From: Catajapyx aquilonaris
Lineage: Eukaryota
Assembly: GCA_000934665.2 (NCBI GenBank)
Contig: JYFJ02004234.1
Coordinates: 1-49,169 of the forward strand
Direction: 5' to 3'
Length of the DNA: 49,169 nt
Part shown: piece after piece, positions 48,860 through 49,169 of the stretch
How the letters are laid out: every line of letters starts with the position of its first letter
How positions within the stretch are numbered: position 1 is the first letter of the stretch
The notes under the pieces: model-generated
What the model was told of the DNA's origin: nothing
What the model saw: only the letters and a program-made list of their open reading frames with translations
Database searches by the model: none
Translations under genes and position numbers: made by a program

Positions 48860-49169
48860 TATAGAAAGTCGGGAGCGCATGGAATGATGGGAGACGATAG
48901 GCGACGGGTGTACTGCGAGTTAGGTCGGTGGCAAGTCAGAATGGACTAATGGTTTACTAAAATAGGGTTACATCGCAATACGTCTACATCTGCAGTGCAG
49001 GTCACATTTCCAATATACCGTATACATCTGCAGTACTTTGTAATAATACATATTATACCAGGGTGTATCTGAACTCACAAGGGAAGTGTCTGTAGGGCCA
49101 TCGGCCAATCGGCCCGAAAATGACACTAGGGGTAAATCGCAGGCCAGAAATTCATTGGTGAAAGTAAAA

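Noticed and set aside
1..49169. Prokaryotic operons, CRISPR arrays or defence systems
   Set aside because: No long ORFs, no regularly spaced repeat-spacer units, and clear spliceosomal, SINE and MITE signatures.

Overview
Eukaryotic, probably invertebrate, genomic DNA with no prokaryotic gene organisation. The first ~10 kb holds the 3' end of a TBC1D1/TBC1D4 (AS160/pollux-type) Rab-GAP gene on +: a coding exon beginning VEYHVLQEE at 4929-5257, a probable short last exon and a long CpG-depleted 3' UTR-like stretch. The rest is mostly non-coding and dense with non-autonomous mobile elements: Tc1/mariner-, pogo/Tigger-, hAT-, PIF/Harbinger-, Kolobok- and Helitron-type elements and tRNA-derived SINEs, many with readable target-site duplications (TSDs). 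Three items stand out. (i) A 262-bp TSD-bounded retroelement (14838-15099) whose 5' end can be folded as an HDV-like (ingi/L1Tc Pr77-type) self-cleaving ribozyme. (ii) A five-level nested transposon stack (2136-4681). (iii) A 930-bp near-perfect fold-back element inside the putative 3' UTR. Most ORFs in the supplied track look spurious. All calls were made by eye without database searches.
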